Source: an uncultured Collinsella sp.
GTDB lineage: Bacteria > Actinomycetota > Coriobacteriia > Coriobacteriales > Coriobacteriaceae
Direction: 5' to 3'
Assembly (NCBI GenBank): GCA_900757495.1
Contig: CAAENX010000012.1
Location: 3,918-67,917, forward strand
DNA: 64,000 nt
This document shows positions 9,472 to 18,986 of the stretch, piece by piece; within the stretch, counting starts at the first letter, position 1, and each line of letters begins with the position of its first letter. The translations under genes were made by a program, and so were the position numbers. A model generated the notes under the pieces. That model worked only from the letters and a program-made list of their open reading frames with translations. It did not search any database and was not told the DNA's origin.

Positions 9472-11256
9472 TTACGAGCGTTTGCGACTCGCCAGGGCGC
9501 CTGTGACGATGGTGGCCGTTCCTGCAAGGGCGGTCGCTATGATGGCCGCGCTCGAGGTGTCGCCGGTTGCTGCGAGTTTGCCGGCGATCTTGGCTCCCGT
9601 GGCTGCAACTGCAACGGTCTTGGTCGTCTTTGCGCCCTCGGGCTTGGAACCCTCGGGCTTGGTCTCGCCGGACTTTTCCTCGGGTTTGATCTTCTCGGGA
9701 GGTACGGTGAGCGTGCTCTTGGCGACAGCGGCGTCATAGGGAGAGTCAATCACGTCGTCGCCCGTGCCGATGGTTTGACCCGCCTCGCAGAGGATGCCGC
9801 CGCTGAGTTCTTCCTTGTTGCGATAGTTAATGATCTTGCCGCCTGCGGGCGCCTGGATGGGAGCGCCTTCGATCTCGATGGTGCCGATCGCCTTGCCATC
9901 CTCGCTTATGGCAAGAGCGAAGATTGCCGCCGTGTCTCCCTCGGCCGTGAGCTTGCTGCGGACGATCGAGATACTCGCGGGCGTGATGCCCTCGTAGGTC
10001 TGGGCGAAGATACCGATGTTCAGACCCCTAGGCTCAGGGATGACCTCGCCGCTTTGGTCGTTGCTGTAGTGATCGGGGCCATCGCCACCGGTCTCGACAT
10101 AGCGGGCTATAGCCTTAACAACGGAGTCGCTGATGTAGATGTGGCCGCCAGCGACGTTTGGCTGGTGGTTTCTGGTAGAGATTGCAACCGAGAATTTGCC
10201 TTCTGCGAACGCGTCCACGATGGAACCATTCTTGATGACGATGTCGTCCCCATCAGTGATGAGGGCGATGGCCTGGCCGCCGCTCGCGCTTGTGCGGACC
10301 GTCACGGTCGCATGATCGAGCGTAACGCCCTTGTAGGCATAGACACCATATTCAACACCGCTTGCGTCAAGGGAGGCGTTCGTGACCGCGAGACTACCCT
10401 CAGCGTCGACGGCAAGATCTCCCTGGGAGCTTGCCTTGACCTGGCTGCCGCCCGAGATGTCGATGTTGCCGTCAGCCCAAATCGCCGCTTCTTCTATCGA
10501 GCTTGCTTCTACCTTGCCACCGCCTTTGATGATCAGGTCACTGCCCGCGGCGACGCCGTAACCTTCGCCTCCTTTAGCGATCACTGTGCCAGAGGAATCG
10601 ATGGTGGTCTTGCCCTTGGATTGGATGCCTTCGGTACCGCCCGTTGCATTCACGGTGCCCGAGCCCGTGATAGAGAGATCGCCCTTTGCCTCAATTCCGT
10701 CGGAAGCAGTGCTTGTGGTGTTCACAGTGCCTGGGCCAGAAATGGAGAGGTCGCCTGTTGATTTAATTGCATCGGCCTCGGCTGTCACATTGAGCTCATC
10801 CGTGCTATTCGAGCTCGTTATGTTCAACTCTGCTTTCTGGCTAGTGCCGTCCTGCGCCTTGATGGCGGCTCCGGTGTAATCAGGCTCGGTTTTCACGGTG
10901 TTCTTGCCCTCATAGACAATGTTGAGCTTGCCTGCAGCCTTGATCTCACCGCCGTTATAGTTGATGAGCTTCATGTCGTCGGCGCCGTCCCAGCTCCAGG
11001 TGCCGGCGCCGTCGCCCGCCGCAGTGCCGGCGTTGTACTGGGTGCCGCCAACATCAATCCACTCGGCCGCGAGCGAGATGCTCGGCATGAGCAGCGAGCT
11101 CACCGTGAGCGCGCACACGGCGCCCGCAACGATGCGGCGCGTCACGCGGCGCCAGCTGCCGTGCGCGAGCAGTGCGCGACGGTGCACGTCGGGCTCGACA
11201 AAATGGGCTCCTGAGGTTTTGTCATTGCGCTTGGGGGTCGTGAACAAGGCGGCCAT
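9472..11256 (-). CDS. Sortase-anchored surface protein A, paralog of 7446-9200
   Basis: Same architecture and a highly similar N-terminus (MAALFTTPKRND...HGSWRRVTRRIV); LAATG sorting signal and RKRS tail. Confidence 0.8.
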   Translation of the reverse strand: MAALFTTPKRNDKTSGAHFVEPDVHRRALLAHGSWRRVTRRIVAGAVCALTVSSLLMPSISLAAEWIDVGGTQYNAGTAAGDGAGTWSWDGADDMKLINYNGGEIKAAGKLNIVYEGKNTVKTEPDYTGAAIKAQDGTSQKAELNITSSNSTDELNVTAEADAIKSTGDLSISGPGTVNTTSTASDGIEAKGDLSITGSGTVNATGGTEGIQSKGKTTIDSSGTVIAKGGEGYGVAAGSDLIIKGGGKVEASSIEEAAIWADGNIDISGGSQVKASSQGDLAVDAEGSLAVTNASLDASGVEYGVYAYKGVTLDHATVTVRTSASGGQAIALITDGDDIVIKNGSIVDAFAEGKFSVAISTRNHQPNVAGGHIYISDSVVKAIARYVETGGDGPDHYSNDQSGEVIPEPRGLNIGIFAQTYEGITPASISIVRSKLTAEGDTAAIFALAISEDGKAIGTIEIEGAPIQAPAGGKIINYRNKEELSGGILCEAGQTIGTGDDVIDSPYDAAVAKSTLTVPPEKIKPEEKSGETKPEGSKPEGAKTTKTVAVAATGAKIAGKLAATGDTSSAAIIATALAGTATIVTGALASRKRS

Positions 11257-11463
11257 GGTTACTCCCATCCTCATAGGGCCTATGCGGTTATATCCAGCAT
11301 ATCTGCAGGATGTAGCCGTCGGTAGTGCCGTTTGGAGGGCAAAATGTCCAAAACTTGGGAAGCAATACATCGCGCGCCCGCGCGGTGCCTGGCTTTAAAA
11401 GCAAAGCGCGGAGCCGCTCGATGCGACTCCGCGCTTTGGTGTTTGGTATTGTGAATCTTGCCC

Positions 11464-12777
11464 TTACGCTACAAAGAAGTAGACGAGGAAGGCGAGGGCT
11501 GCAATCCACATGAGCGGCTTGATCTTGGAGGCCTCGCCCTTAAAGAGCGCGACGATCACGTAGGCGATAAAGCCCAGGCCAATGCCGGCGGAGATGGAGT
11601 AGGTGAAGGGCACGCCGGCGACAATCATGAACGCCGGGAAGCCCTGCGACACGTCGGACCAGTCGATCTCGGAGGCCTCGCTCATCATGAGGTAGCCGAC
11701 GTAGACCAGGGCACCGCAGGTGGCGGCGCTGGAAACGATGGAGACGATGGGGGAGAAGAACGCGGCGAGGATGAACAGCACGCCGGTGGTGACGGAGGTG
11801 AGGCCTGTGCGGCCACCGTCGGCAGCGCCGGACGTGGACTCGACGAAGGTGGTGATGGAGGAGGCGCCCATAAAGCCACCGGCAGCAGCGGCCACGGAGT
11901 CAACGACCAAGATGGGGCGGATGTCCTCGACATTGCCGTCCTCGGTTAGGAACTCGCCCTGCTTGGCGACGGCCATCGCAGTACCCATGGTGTCGAAGAA
12001 GTCACTCATGAGCAGCGAGAAGGCGACGACGAGCAGCATCGGGTCGGTCAGGACCTTCACGATGGCCATGTTGCCGTCGGCGGTGCTGGCAAACGGGGTG
12101 CCAAAGGTCGAGAAATCGAGCGGGGCGATGAGGCCCTCGGGGGCATGGGTTACACCCAGCGGGATACCGGCGATAACGGCGACGATAATGCCGATGAGCA
12201 GCGAGCCCGGCACGTTGCGGGAGGCCAGGGCGACCGTCACGACGATGGAGATGATGCCGACGATAAAGGTGGGGGAGGTGACGTCGCCCAGGCCGACGAG
12301 CGTACCGGCGCCAGCGGTGATGATGCCGGCGTCGCACAGGCCGATCATGGCGATGAACAGGCCCAAGCCAACTGAGATGGCGTGGCGCAGGACCACGGGG
12401 ATGGCATCCATGATGGCCTCGCGCAGGCCGCACAGGACGAGCAGCAAGATGACGATACCCTCGAGGAAGATAACGCTCATGGCTACGTGCCAGTCGCCGC
12501 CGCACATGGTGGTGGTGATGCCCGCGATCATGGCGTTGATGCCCAGACCCGACGCGCAGGCGAGCGGGCGGTTTGCGAAGATGCCCATGCAGATGGTCAT
12601 GATGCCGGCGCCCAGGCAAGTGGCGCAGGCGAGCGCTCCCGCATCAATGCCGGCGCCCGAGAGCACCGCGGGGTTGACGGCAATGATGTAGGCCATTGCC
12701 AGGAACGTTGTCAGTCCAGCGCGAAGTTCGGTCCCGATTGTGGACTTGCGCTCGCTGACGTGAAATAGTTCGTCCAT
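11464..12777 (-). CDS. AzgA/PbuG-type purine permease (NCS2)
   Basis: GLTTFLAMAYII, DFFDTMGT, TFVES..G...GGRTGLT motifs. Confidence 0.9.
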   Translation of the reverse strand: MDELFHVSERKSTIGTELRAGLTTFLAMAYIIAVNPAVLSGAGIDAGALACATCLGAGIMTICMGIFANRPLACASGLGINAMIAGITTTMCGGDWHVAMSVIFLEGIVILLLVLCGLREAIMDAIPVVLRHAISVGLGLFIAMIGLCDAGIITAGAGTLVGLGDVTSPTFIVGIISIVVTVALASRNVPGSLLIGIIVAVIAGIPLGVTHAPEGLIAPLDFSTFGTPFASTADGNMAIVKVLTDPMLLVVAFSLLMSDFFDTMGTAMAVAKQGEFLTEDGNVEDIRPILVVDSVAAAAGGFMGASSITTFVESTSGAADGGRTGLTSVTTGVLFILAAFFSPIVSIVSSAATCGALVYVGYLMMSEASEIDWSDVSQGFPAFMIVAGVPFTYSISAGIGLGFIAYVIVALFKGEASKIKPLMWIAALAFLVYFFVA

Positions 12778-12970
12778 GCACACCCTTTCCTTGTTCGGCC
12801 CCGAGTTTAGGCCGATTGACACGAACTTACTTACTATATCGCCTTTACAACCTTGCTGTTCCTCGCATGTCGATGTTCGGCGCTTTGTAATGGACGGGTG
12901 GTATTTTCCGTATGAAAATGTGTAGGTACCGTATACTTAAGCAGTTACAACGACCCCTATGGAGGAATGC

Positions 12971-13390
12971 ATGATTAAAGAGCTCTGCCACGACGAGGCT
13001 ATTCTGTCCCAGCGTTGCGAGGTCGCGACTGTCGAGGACGAGTCGGTGGCACAGGACCTGATCGATACCATCAAGTCGCTCGACGATGCCGGCTGCCTTG
13101 CCGCCAACCAGATCGGCGTCACCAAGAAGGTCTGCGTCTACCTGGACGATGCCGGCGAGCCCCATGTGCTCTACAACCCCCGTCTGGTGTTTGGCCTGGG
13201 TGCCAGCAAGATGGAGGAGAGCTGCCTGACGCACGAGGAGATCACCAAGTCTACGCGCTACATCAAGTGCAAGGTTGCCTTTGACCAGATCGTCGATGGC
13301 AAGATGAAGGAGTGCCGCCGCGACTACGCGGGCTTTGAGGCGCAGATGATCCAGCATATGATCGATCACTGCCAAGGTAAACTTGTCTAG
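12971..13390 (+). CDS. Peptide deformylase-like protein with degenerate catalytic motifs
   Basis: AGCLAANQIG, ESCLT and QHMIDH replace GxGxAAxQ, EGCLS and HExxH; GGAGG RBS. Confidence 0.8.
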   Translation: MIKELCHDEAILSQRCEVATVEDESVAQDLIDTIKSLDDAGCLAANQIGVTKKVCVYLDDAGEPHVLYNPRLVFGLGASKMEESCLTHEEITKSTRYIKCKVAFDQIVDGKMKECRRDYAGFEAQMIQHMIDHCQGKLV

Positions 13391-13421
13391 GGTGACTACA
13401 GCACCGCACTTCGTCGTTTTT

Positions 13422-13461
13422 GGTCCGGGCGTGACATTGTTGTCATGTCCGGGCTTTTTTT
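13422..13461 (+). terminator. Intrinsic terminator
   Basis: GTCCGGGCGTGACA...TGTCATGTCCGGGC followed by a T run. Confidence 0.7.
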
Positions 13462-13522
13462 GTTTAGGGCCCCTTTAATTGGTGACAATGAACTTAGGAA
13501 GAACGTAAAGCTAGGAGGCGCT

Positions 13523-14488
13523 ATGTGCACGAGTATTCGATTTACCGATAATTCTGGCAACATGTATCTGGGCCGCAACCTCGACTGGAGCTTTGGATAC
13601 GGCGAGCAGGTTCGTGTGATGCCCCGCGGGTTCCACATCCCGTATTCGTTTATCGACGACACGACAGCGGCACACGCGGTAATCGGCATGTGCATCGATT
13701 ACAAGAACTATCCCATGTTTTTCGACTGCGGCAACGATGCGGGCCTGGCAGTGGCGGGCCTCAACTTTCCCGGCTATGCCGAGTATGCCGAGGGCCCTGT
13801 CGAGGGCAAGACCAATATCGCGGCCTACGAGTTTCCCCTGTGGGTCGCCGCGACGTTTTCGACGGTCGATGAGGTCGAGGCCGCGCTGCGCGACACGGTG
13901 ATTGTCGCCAAATCTGCCGGAGAGGGGCTGGGCGTGTCGCTGCTCCATTGGATTATCGGCGACAGCCAGCGCAGCATCGTGGTCGAGATGATGGCTGACG
14001 GCCTGCATGTATACGACGATCCGGTCGACACCCTTGCCAACCAGCCGACCTTCCCGTGGCACATGGAAAACCTGCGCACCTATATCACCGCCACAAGCGA
14101 TTTTCCGCAGACGGCGACATGGCGTGGCGCCGAGCTTAAGCCCTATGGAGCCGGTGCCGGCATGCGCGGCATTCCGGGCGATTGCTATTCGCCGAGCCGT
14201 TTTGTAAAGGCGGCGTACCTCAATGCCAATTACCCGCAAAAGGAGAGCGAGACCGAAAACGTCGTTCGCATGTTCCGCTCGCTCGAGGGCGTGGTGATGA
14301 TTGAGGGGGCGTCCAGGATGGGCGATGGCAAGTTCGAGAAGACTATCTATACCGGATGCTTTAGCGCGCGCACGGGCAATTATTACTACGCGATGTATGG
14401 GGATCCGTCGATTCGTTACGTGAGCCTGATGGATGCCGAGGGCGCGAGCCCCGATAGGCTCGTGGTTCCCGAGCCGCGTCGTTCGTAG
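13523..14488 (+). CDS. bsh: Choloylglycine hydrolase (bile salt hydrolase, Ntn family)
   Basis: N-terminal M-C nucleophile, GRNLD, LHW, ANQP, GIPGD..SPSRF; AGGAGG RBS. Confidence 0.88.
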   Translation: MCTSIRFTDNSGNMYLGRNLDWSFGYGEQVRVMPRGFHIPYSFIDDTTAAHAVIGMCIDYKNYPMFFDCGNDAGLAVAGLNFPGYAEYAEGPVEGKTNIAAYEFPLWVAATFSTVDEVEAALRDTVIVAKSAGEGLGVSLLHWIIGDSQRSIVVEMMADGLHVYDDPVDTLANQPTFPWHMENLRTYITATSDFPQTATWRGAELKPYGAGAGMRGIPGDCYSPSRFVKAAYLNANYPQKESETENVVRMFRSLEGVVMIEGASRMGDGKFEKTIYTGCFSARTGNYYYAMYGDPSIRYVSLMDAEGASPDRLVVPEPRRS

Positions 14489-14511
14489 CCCATAGCTTTA
14501 CTGCAGTGCAA

Positions 14512-14586
14512 AGCGCCCCTGCATCTCCTGTGAGGTGCAGGGGCGCTGCGACCTGGGCTTTATCCCGCATGCGCCCCGAGAAAATG
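14512..14586. repeat. Terminator hairpin overlapping a 50-nt copy of an internal LysR segment
   Basis: 14537-14586 matches 16037-16086 at 46/50 positions; hairpin AGCGCCCCTGCA...TGCAGGGGCGCT. Confidence 0.8.
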
Positions 14587-14590
14587 TCCC

Positions 14591-15502
14591 TTAAGCGCGT
14601 GCTGCCTGGGCGATACCGGCCTTGGTGCTTGCGCGTTTGCCGGCGAGTTCGCAAAAGACCGCGCCGCCGATGATGAGCGCGGCGCCCATGAGGCGGATTG
14701 GCGTCATGGTCTCGCCCAAAAGGACGGCGGAGAACACGACTGCCGAAAGCGGCTCGAGGTAGCCGACAACCGCGACGGTCTGCACGGGCAGCTTGGCGAC
14801 AGCACTAAAGTAGAGCAGGCAGCCGATGCCGGTGTTGACGACGCCGAGCATGGCGACGGCGCGCCAATCGATGCCGGCGGCAATGCTGGGGGAGAGGAAC
14901 GAGGGGGCGCCCTGCGTGAGGAGCGTAAGGACCAGCGCGGTCATAAAGGCGGCGCTCACCTGGAGCGCGGAGTTTTCGAGGCCTTCGACGTGTGGCGCAC
15001 CCTTGCTAGCGATGACCATCAACGCGTAGCAGAAGGCCGAGGCGATGCCGCAAGCGATACCCGCAATGGGCATATTGCCGCCTAGACCTTGTGCCGCAAT
15101 GAGAAAGGCGCCGCAGGCAACGGCGATAAACCCGGCGATTTTGCCGCCGGTCAGCTTTTCGCCAAAAATGAGCGGGGAGAGGGCCATAACGATGATGGGG
15201 CCGCAGTAATACAACAGCGAGGAGATGCCAACACCGATCGTCTGATAGGCGCGGAACAGGAAAATCCAGCTGGCGCCCAGCGCGGCGCCCGAGACGATGA
15301 GCGCTGCGGCCTCACGGGGGCGAGACGGAGCCTGCAGGTTATGGCGCTTGGTTATGAAGAGGATGGCGGCAAGGGTGAGAGCGCCCAAAAACGTGCGCAG
15401 GAGCACGATATCGGAGCTCGGCAGCGCGATGGCAGCGGCGATGATGCCATTGGAGCCAAACAATAGCAATGCTGCTAAGTACGTAAACAGTCCGTTGTTC
15501 AT
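14591..15502 (-). CDS. EamA/DMT family permease
   Basis: About 10 hydrophobic segments, two-repeat pattern, YLEPLSA. Confidence 0.88.
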   Translation of the reverse strand: MNNGLFTYLAALLLFGSNGIIAAAIALPSSDIVLLRTFLGALTLAAILFITKRHNLQAPSRPREAAALIVSGAALGASWIFLFRAYQTIGVGISSLLYYCGPIIVMALSPLIFGEKLTGGKIAGFIAVACGAFLIAAQGLGGNMPIAGIACGIASAFCYALMVIASKGAPHVEGLENSALQVSAAFMTALVLTLLTQGAPSFLSPSIAAGIDWRAVAMLGVVNTGIGCLLYFSAVAKLPVQTVAVVGYLEPLSAVVFSAVLLGETMTPIRLMGAALIIGGAVFCELAGKRASTKAGIAQAARA

Positions 15503-15620
15503 GCGCTGACATCCCCTATATATCCGAACATGTTCACTATGGGTGAACTGGCTTTAGAAGAAAAGCGAATATAATGCATGGAAAACATGACAAAAACTCA
15601 TGCAAGGGTGGGGGTGTACC

Positions 15621-16478
15621 GTGGAGACCAATATCCAAAAGATGCAAGTGCTGCTCGAGACGGTGCGTGCCGGCAGCTTTACGCGTGCTGCAGAGCGCCT
15701 GAGCTATTCGCAATCGGGCGTGAGCCGCATGGTGGCCGACCTCGAGGCCGACTGGGGCTTTAAGGTGCTCGACCGCAGCCGCGAGGGCGTGACGCTTTCT
15801 GCCGACGGGCGGCAGGTCATGCCGGCTGTCGAGGCGCTCTGCGAGGAATTCATTCGCTTGCAGCGGCGTGTGGATGAGATGCGTGGGCTCATGCGTGGCA
15901 AAATCTGCATCGGTACGTTTTCGAGCGTGGCGACCCACGTGCTGCCGCCGGTGATCGCGCGTTTTCGCGCCGATTATCCAGACGTCGATTACGAGTTACT
16001 GATGGGCGACTATTCAGAGATTGAACAATGGGTGGCGCAGGGCCGCTGCGATCTGGGCTTTATCCCGCATGAGTCCCGAGAAAATGGCATGACATCGCGA
16101 TCTTTGGTGCGCGACGAGTTGATGGCGGTGGTGCCGACAGACTCTCTGCTTGCTAGTGAGGGGGCCGTCTCGCTTGCCGACTTGGCCAACGAGCAGTTTA
16201 TTCTGCTGGAACGCGGCACCGATGACGAGATTACGCCGCTGTTCCGTCGGGCGGGGCTGACGGTGCGCTCAAAACTGTCGACCTGGGATGACTATGCGAT
16301 TATGGCCATGGTCGAGGACGGCTTGGGCGTGAGCATCCTTCCGGCGCTCATCTTGCGGCGCTGCCAGTTCAATGTCGCCATTCGTCCGCTCGAGGGACGT
16401 CCCCATCGGCAGATTAACGCCATATATCGAACGGCCGACGTTTCGCTTGCCGCCGCTCGTTTTCTCGAATATCTCTAG
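15621..16478 (+). CDS. LysR-family regulator divergent from the DMT gene
   Basis: GSFTRAAERLSYSQSGVSR HTH; CATG-N9-CATG (T-N11-A) box at 15586-15602. Confidence 0.9.
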   Translation: METNIQKMQVLLETVRAGSFTRAAERLSYSQSGVSRMVADLEADWGFKVLDRSREGVTLSADGRQVMPAVEALCEEFIRLQRRVDEMRGLMRGKICIGTFSSVATHVLPPVIARFRADYPDVDYELLMGDYSEIEQWVAQGRCDLGFIPHESRENGMTSRSLVRDELMAVVPTDSLLASEGAVSLADLANEQFILLERGTDDEITPLFRRAGLTVRSKLSTWDDYAIMAMVEDGLGVSILPALILRRCQFNVAIRPLEGRPHRQINAIYRTADVSLAAARFLEYL

Positions 16479-16538
16479 GCGAGCGCATACCGTTGTCGCT
16501 TTGGGATAAATCTCGAGGTGTGGTTCGCTTTATTATTG

Positions 16539-16620
16539 AAATTGAACTTTTCGAAAGAGCACGGCGCTATACTGCTTGCTAAATTGAACCTTGGTTCAAT
16601 TCGTGTTCTATAAATTGAAC
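16539..16620. promoter_or_regulatory. Cluster of AATTGAAC sites (putative XRE operator)
   Basis: AATTGAAC at 16540, 16582 and 16613; palindrome AATTGAACC-TT-GGTTCAATT at 16582-16601. Confidence 0.65.
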
Positions 16621-16641
16621 TTTGCCAGCAAGGAGGTTCCT

Positions 16642-18162
16642 GTGGCCCAAGAGACGTTTAGCGATCGCCTGCGACAGGCTATGTCCGATCGCGACGTTCG
16701 CCAGTCGGACGTGATCCGCGCATCGGAGATGCTCGGCAAAAAACTCGGCAAGAGTCAGATGAGCCAATATGTGAGCGGCAAGACGATCCCGCGGCGTGAT
16801 GTGGCAGAGCTGCTCGCCCGTATTTTGGAGGTCGATGTTACCTGGCTGCTCGCCGGTGACGCCGATCAAGGCGAGACATCATCGCCCCGCAACGTTTCCA
16901 AGCCCGAACTCAATCCCTCAGCCCAAATTGCAAGGAGCGTCCCCATGCGTACTTTTTCTAAATCCACCAAACTCGACAACGTCCTCTACGACGTCCGCGG
17001 CCCCGTCGTCGATGAAGCCGCCCGTATGGAGGACGAAGGCGAGCGCATCCTCAAGCTCAACATCGGCAACCCTGCGCCCTTTGGTTTTCGCACGCCCGAT
17101 GAGGTCATTAAGGATATGCGCCAGCAGCTGCCCGACTGCGAAGGCTATTCCAACTCGCGCGGACTGTTCTCCGCGCGCAAGGCGATCATGCAGTACTCGC
17201 AGATCAAGGGCCTGCCCAATGTTCAGATGGAGCACATCTACACGGGCAACGGCGTGTCCGAACTCATTCAGCTTTCGATGAACGCACTGCTCGACAATGG
17301 CGACGAGATTCTGATCCCCAGCCCCGACTATCCGCTCTGGACGGCGTGCGCAACCCTTGCCGGCGGTCATCCCGTTCACTATCTGTGTGATGAGCAAGCG
17401 GATTGGTATCCCGATCTGGAGGATATGGAGTCCAAGATCACGAGCGCGACCAAGGCCCTCGTCATTATCAACCCCAACAACCCCACGGGTTCCGTCTATC
17501 CGCGCGAGGTGCTCGAGGGTATCGTCGAGGTTGCACGCAGGCATCAGCTGATGATCTTTGCTGATGAGATCTACGACCGCCTGTGCATGGACGGCTACGA
17601 GCACGTCTCGATTGCCTCGCTCGCTCCCGACCTGCCCTGCGTCACCTTTAGCGGCCTTTCCAAGTCGCACATGATTGCGGGCTATCGTATTGGCTGGATG
17701 GTGCTTTCGGGCAACCAGCGCTGCATGAGCGACTTTATTATGGGCATCAACATGCTCTCGAACATGCGCCTGTGCTCCAACGTGCCGGCTCAGTCAATCG
17801 TCCAGACGGCACTCGGTGGACACCAGTCCGTCAACGACTACATCCGTCCCGGCGGCCGTGTCTACGAGCAGCGCAACTTTGTGTATGAGGCGCTCAACAA
17901 GATTGACGGCATCTCGGTGGTCAAGCCGCGTGCGGCGTTCTATATCTTCCCCAAGATGGATGTCAAGAAATTCAACATCACCGATGACGAGCAGTTTGCC
18001 CTTGACCTGCTACACGAGAAGAAGATCCTGATCACCCGCGGCGGCGGCTTTAACTGGGCCGAGCCCGACCACTTCCGCATCGTGTACCTGCCGCGCATGG
18101 AAGTGCTCAAGGAGTCCCTCGAAGACTTGGCTGACTTCTTCGATCACTATCGCCAGTCGTAG
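16642..18162 (+). CDS. alaA: XRE-HTH domain fused to AlaA-type class I/II aminotransferase
   Basis: N-terminal FSDRLRQAM...SQMSQYVSGKTIP...VTWLL; then YDVRGP, LNIGNP, NPNNPTG, DEIY and SGLSK (PLP lysine). Confidence 0.88.
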   Translation: MAQETFSDRLRQAMSDRDVRQSDVIRASEMLGKKLGKSQMSQYVSGKTIPRRDVAELLARILEVDVTWLLAGDADQGETSSPRNVSKPELNPSAQIARSVPMRTFSKSTKLDNVLYDVRGPVVDEAARMEDEGERILKLNIGNPAPFGFRTPDEVIKDMRQQLPDCEGYSNSRGLFSARKAIMQYSQIKGLPNVQMEHIYTGNGVSELIQLSMNALLDNGDEILIPSPDYPLWTACATLAGGHPVHYLCDEQADWYPDLEDMESKITSATKALVIINPNNPTGSVYPREVLEGIVEVARRHQLMIFADEIYDRLCMDGYEHVSIASLAPDLPCVTFSGLSKSHMIAGYRIGWMVLSGNQRCMSDFIMGINMLSNMRLCSNVPAQSIVQTALGGHQSVNDYIRPGGRVYEQRNFVYEALNKIDGISVVKPRAAFYIFPKMDVKKFNITDDEQFALDLLHEKKILITRGGGFNWAEPDHFRIVYLPRMEVLKESLEDLADFFDHYRQS

Positions 18163-18211
18163 GGGATTAGATATGTGCCGCCGCGAGAACTGAAGCGTCG
18201 CAGGATAGGCA

Positions 18212-18364
18212 AACGACAGCGAGCGAGCCGCATTTGCGCCAAGGTGACGTGAAGCGAAAGGGCGCTGACCTTTTGGTCGCGCCCTTGAAGCTGAACGTCA
18301 GATTGGTGTGAATGCGGCTCGCGCAGCGTCAAGCGGTCCGCCGTTCGGTAGAACGGCGGAACTA
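18212..18364 (+). repeat. Structured ~150-nt element, copy A
   Basis: Long interrupted hairpin with apex TGACCTTTTGGTC, then a short GTTCGGTAGAAC hairpin; inverted homolog at 19900-20051. Confidence 0.85.
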
Positions 18365-18772
18365 TACAACGATTCCGCAACAGTGGTCGATTTCGTGTTG
18401 GATGATCTCGGCGGTGTAGCCCGAGAAGTTCTTGATGCGGTGGACGAAGTTCTCGTCCAAATACTCCACCTTAATGCGACGGTAGCGGGTACAGGGGCGC
18501 TCGCCGATCAACGAGAGGCATCCTTCGCTCGTCTGATAGGCATTGACCTGCTCAAGAATTTGAGGGTTGTACATCAGCAGCGCCCTGTTGCCGTCCTTTA
18601 CGCAGATGATGCGTTTGCGCACGCCGATCATGTTGGCGGCGAGGCCAACGCACTCGTGCTCATGCTCGAGGAGCGTATCCAGGAGGTCCTGCCCGGTCGC
18701 GGCATCATCGGGCCCTGCGTCTTCGGAGGGCAGGCGCAAAAAGAACTCGGATTTCATGATGGGCTTAATCAT
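18362..18772 (-). CDS. def: Peptide deformylase (short form)
   Basis: CVGLAANMIG, EGCLS, QHEIDH. Confidence 0.85.
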   Translation of the reverse strand: MIKPIMKSEFFLRLPSEDAGPDDAATGQDLLDTLLEHEHECVGLAANMIGVRKRIICVKDGNRALLMYNPQILEQVNAYQTSEGCLSLIGERPCTRYRRIKVEYLDENFVHRIKNFSGYTAEIIQHEIDHCCGIVV

Positions 18773-18986
18773 GGCGGGCTCCTTAAGGTGGACGCGTTTG
18801 GTTCAGGCCATGATACCGCGACATGTCGCATTAATGTGTGCACATAGATTTTGCAGCTAGATTGGATGGCGACACCATAAACTAATGGACGTTTTGCCGA
18901 GAGGCATGAATGTTTAAAGCGCAAAGAGTGCGCGACGGGCCCCGCGAATGGGGCGATGATGCCCGAGAGGGCCAAGAAGGAGTCTC

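Noticed and set aside
11257..11370. c-di-GMP or other riboswitch in the duplicated surface-protein leader
   Set aside because: The leader is conserved between the two copies but no aptamer consensus could be matched; duplication alone explains the similarity.
12778..12960. Purine or ZTP riboswitch upstream of the purine permease
   Set aside because: No recognisable aptamer consensus on the minus strand.
15525..15536. CGAACATGTTCA as a LexA box
   Set aside because: The spacer between GAAC and GTTC is 2 nt rather than 4.
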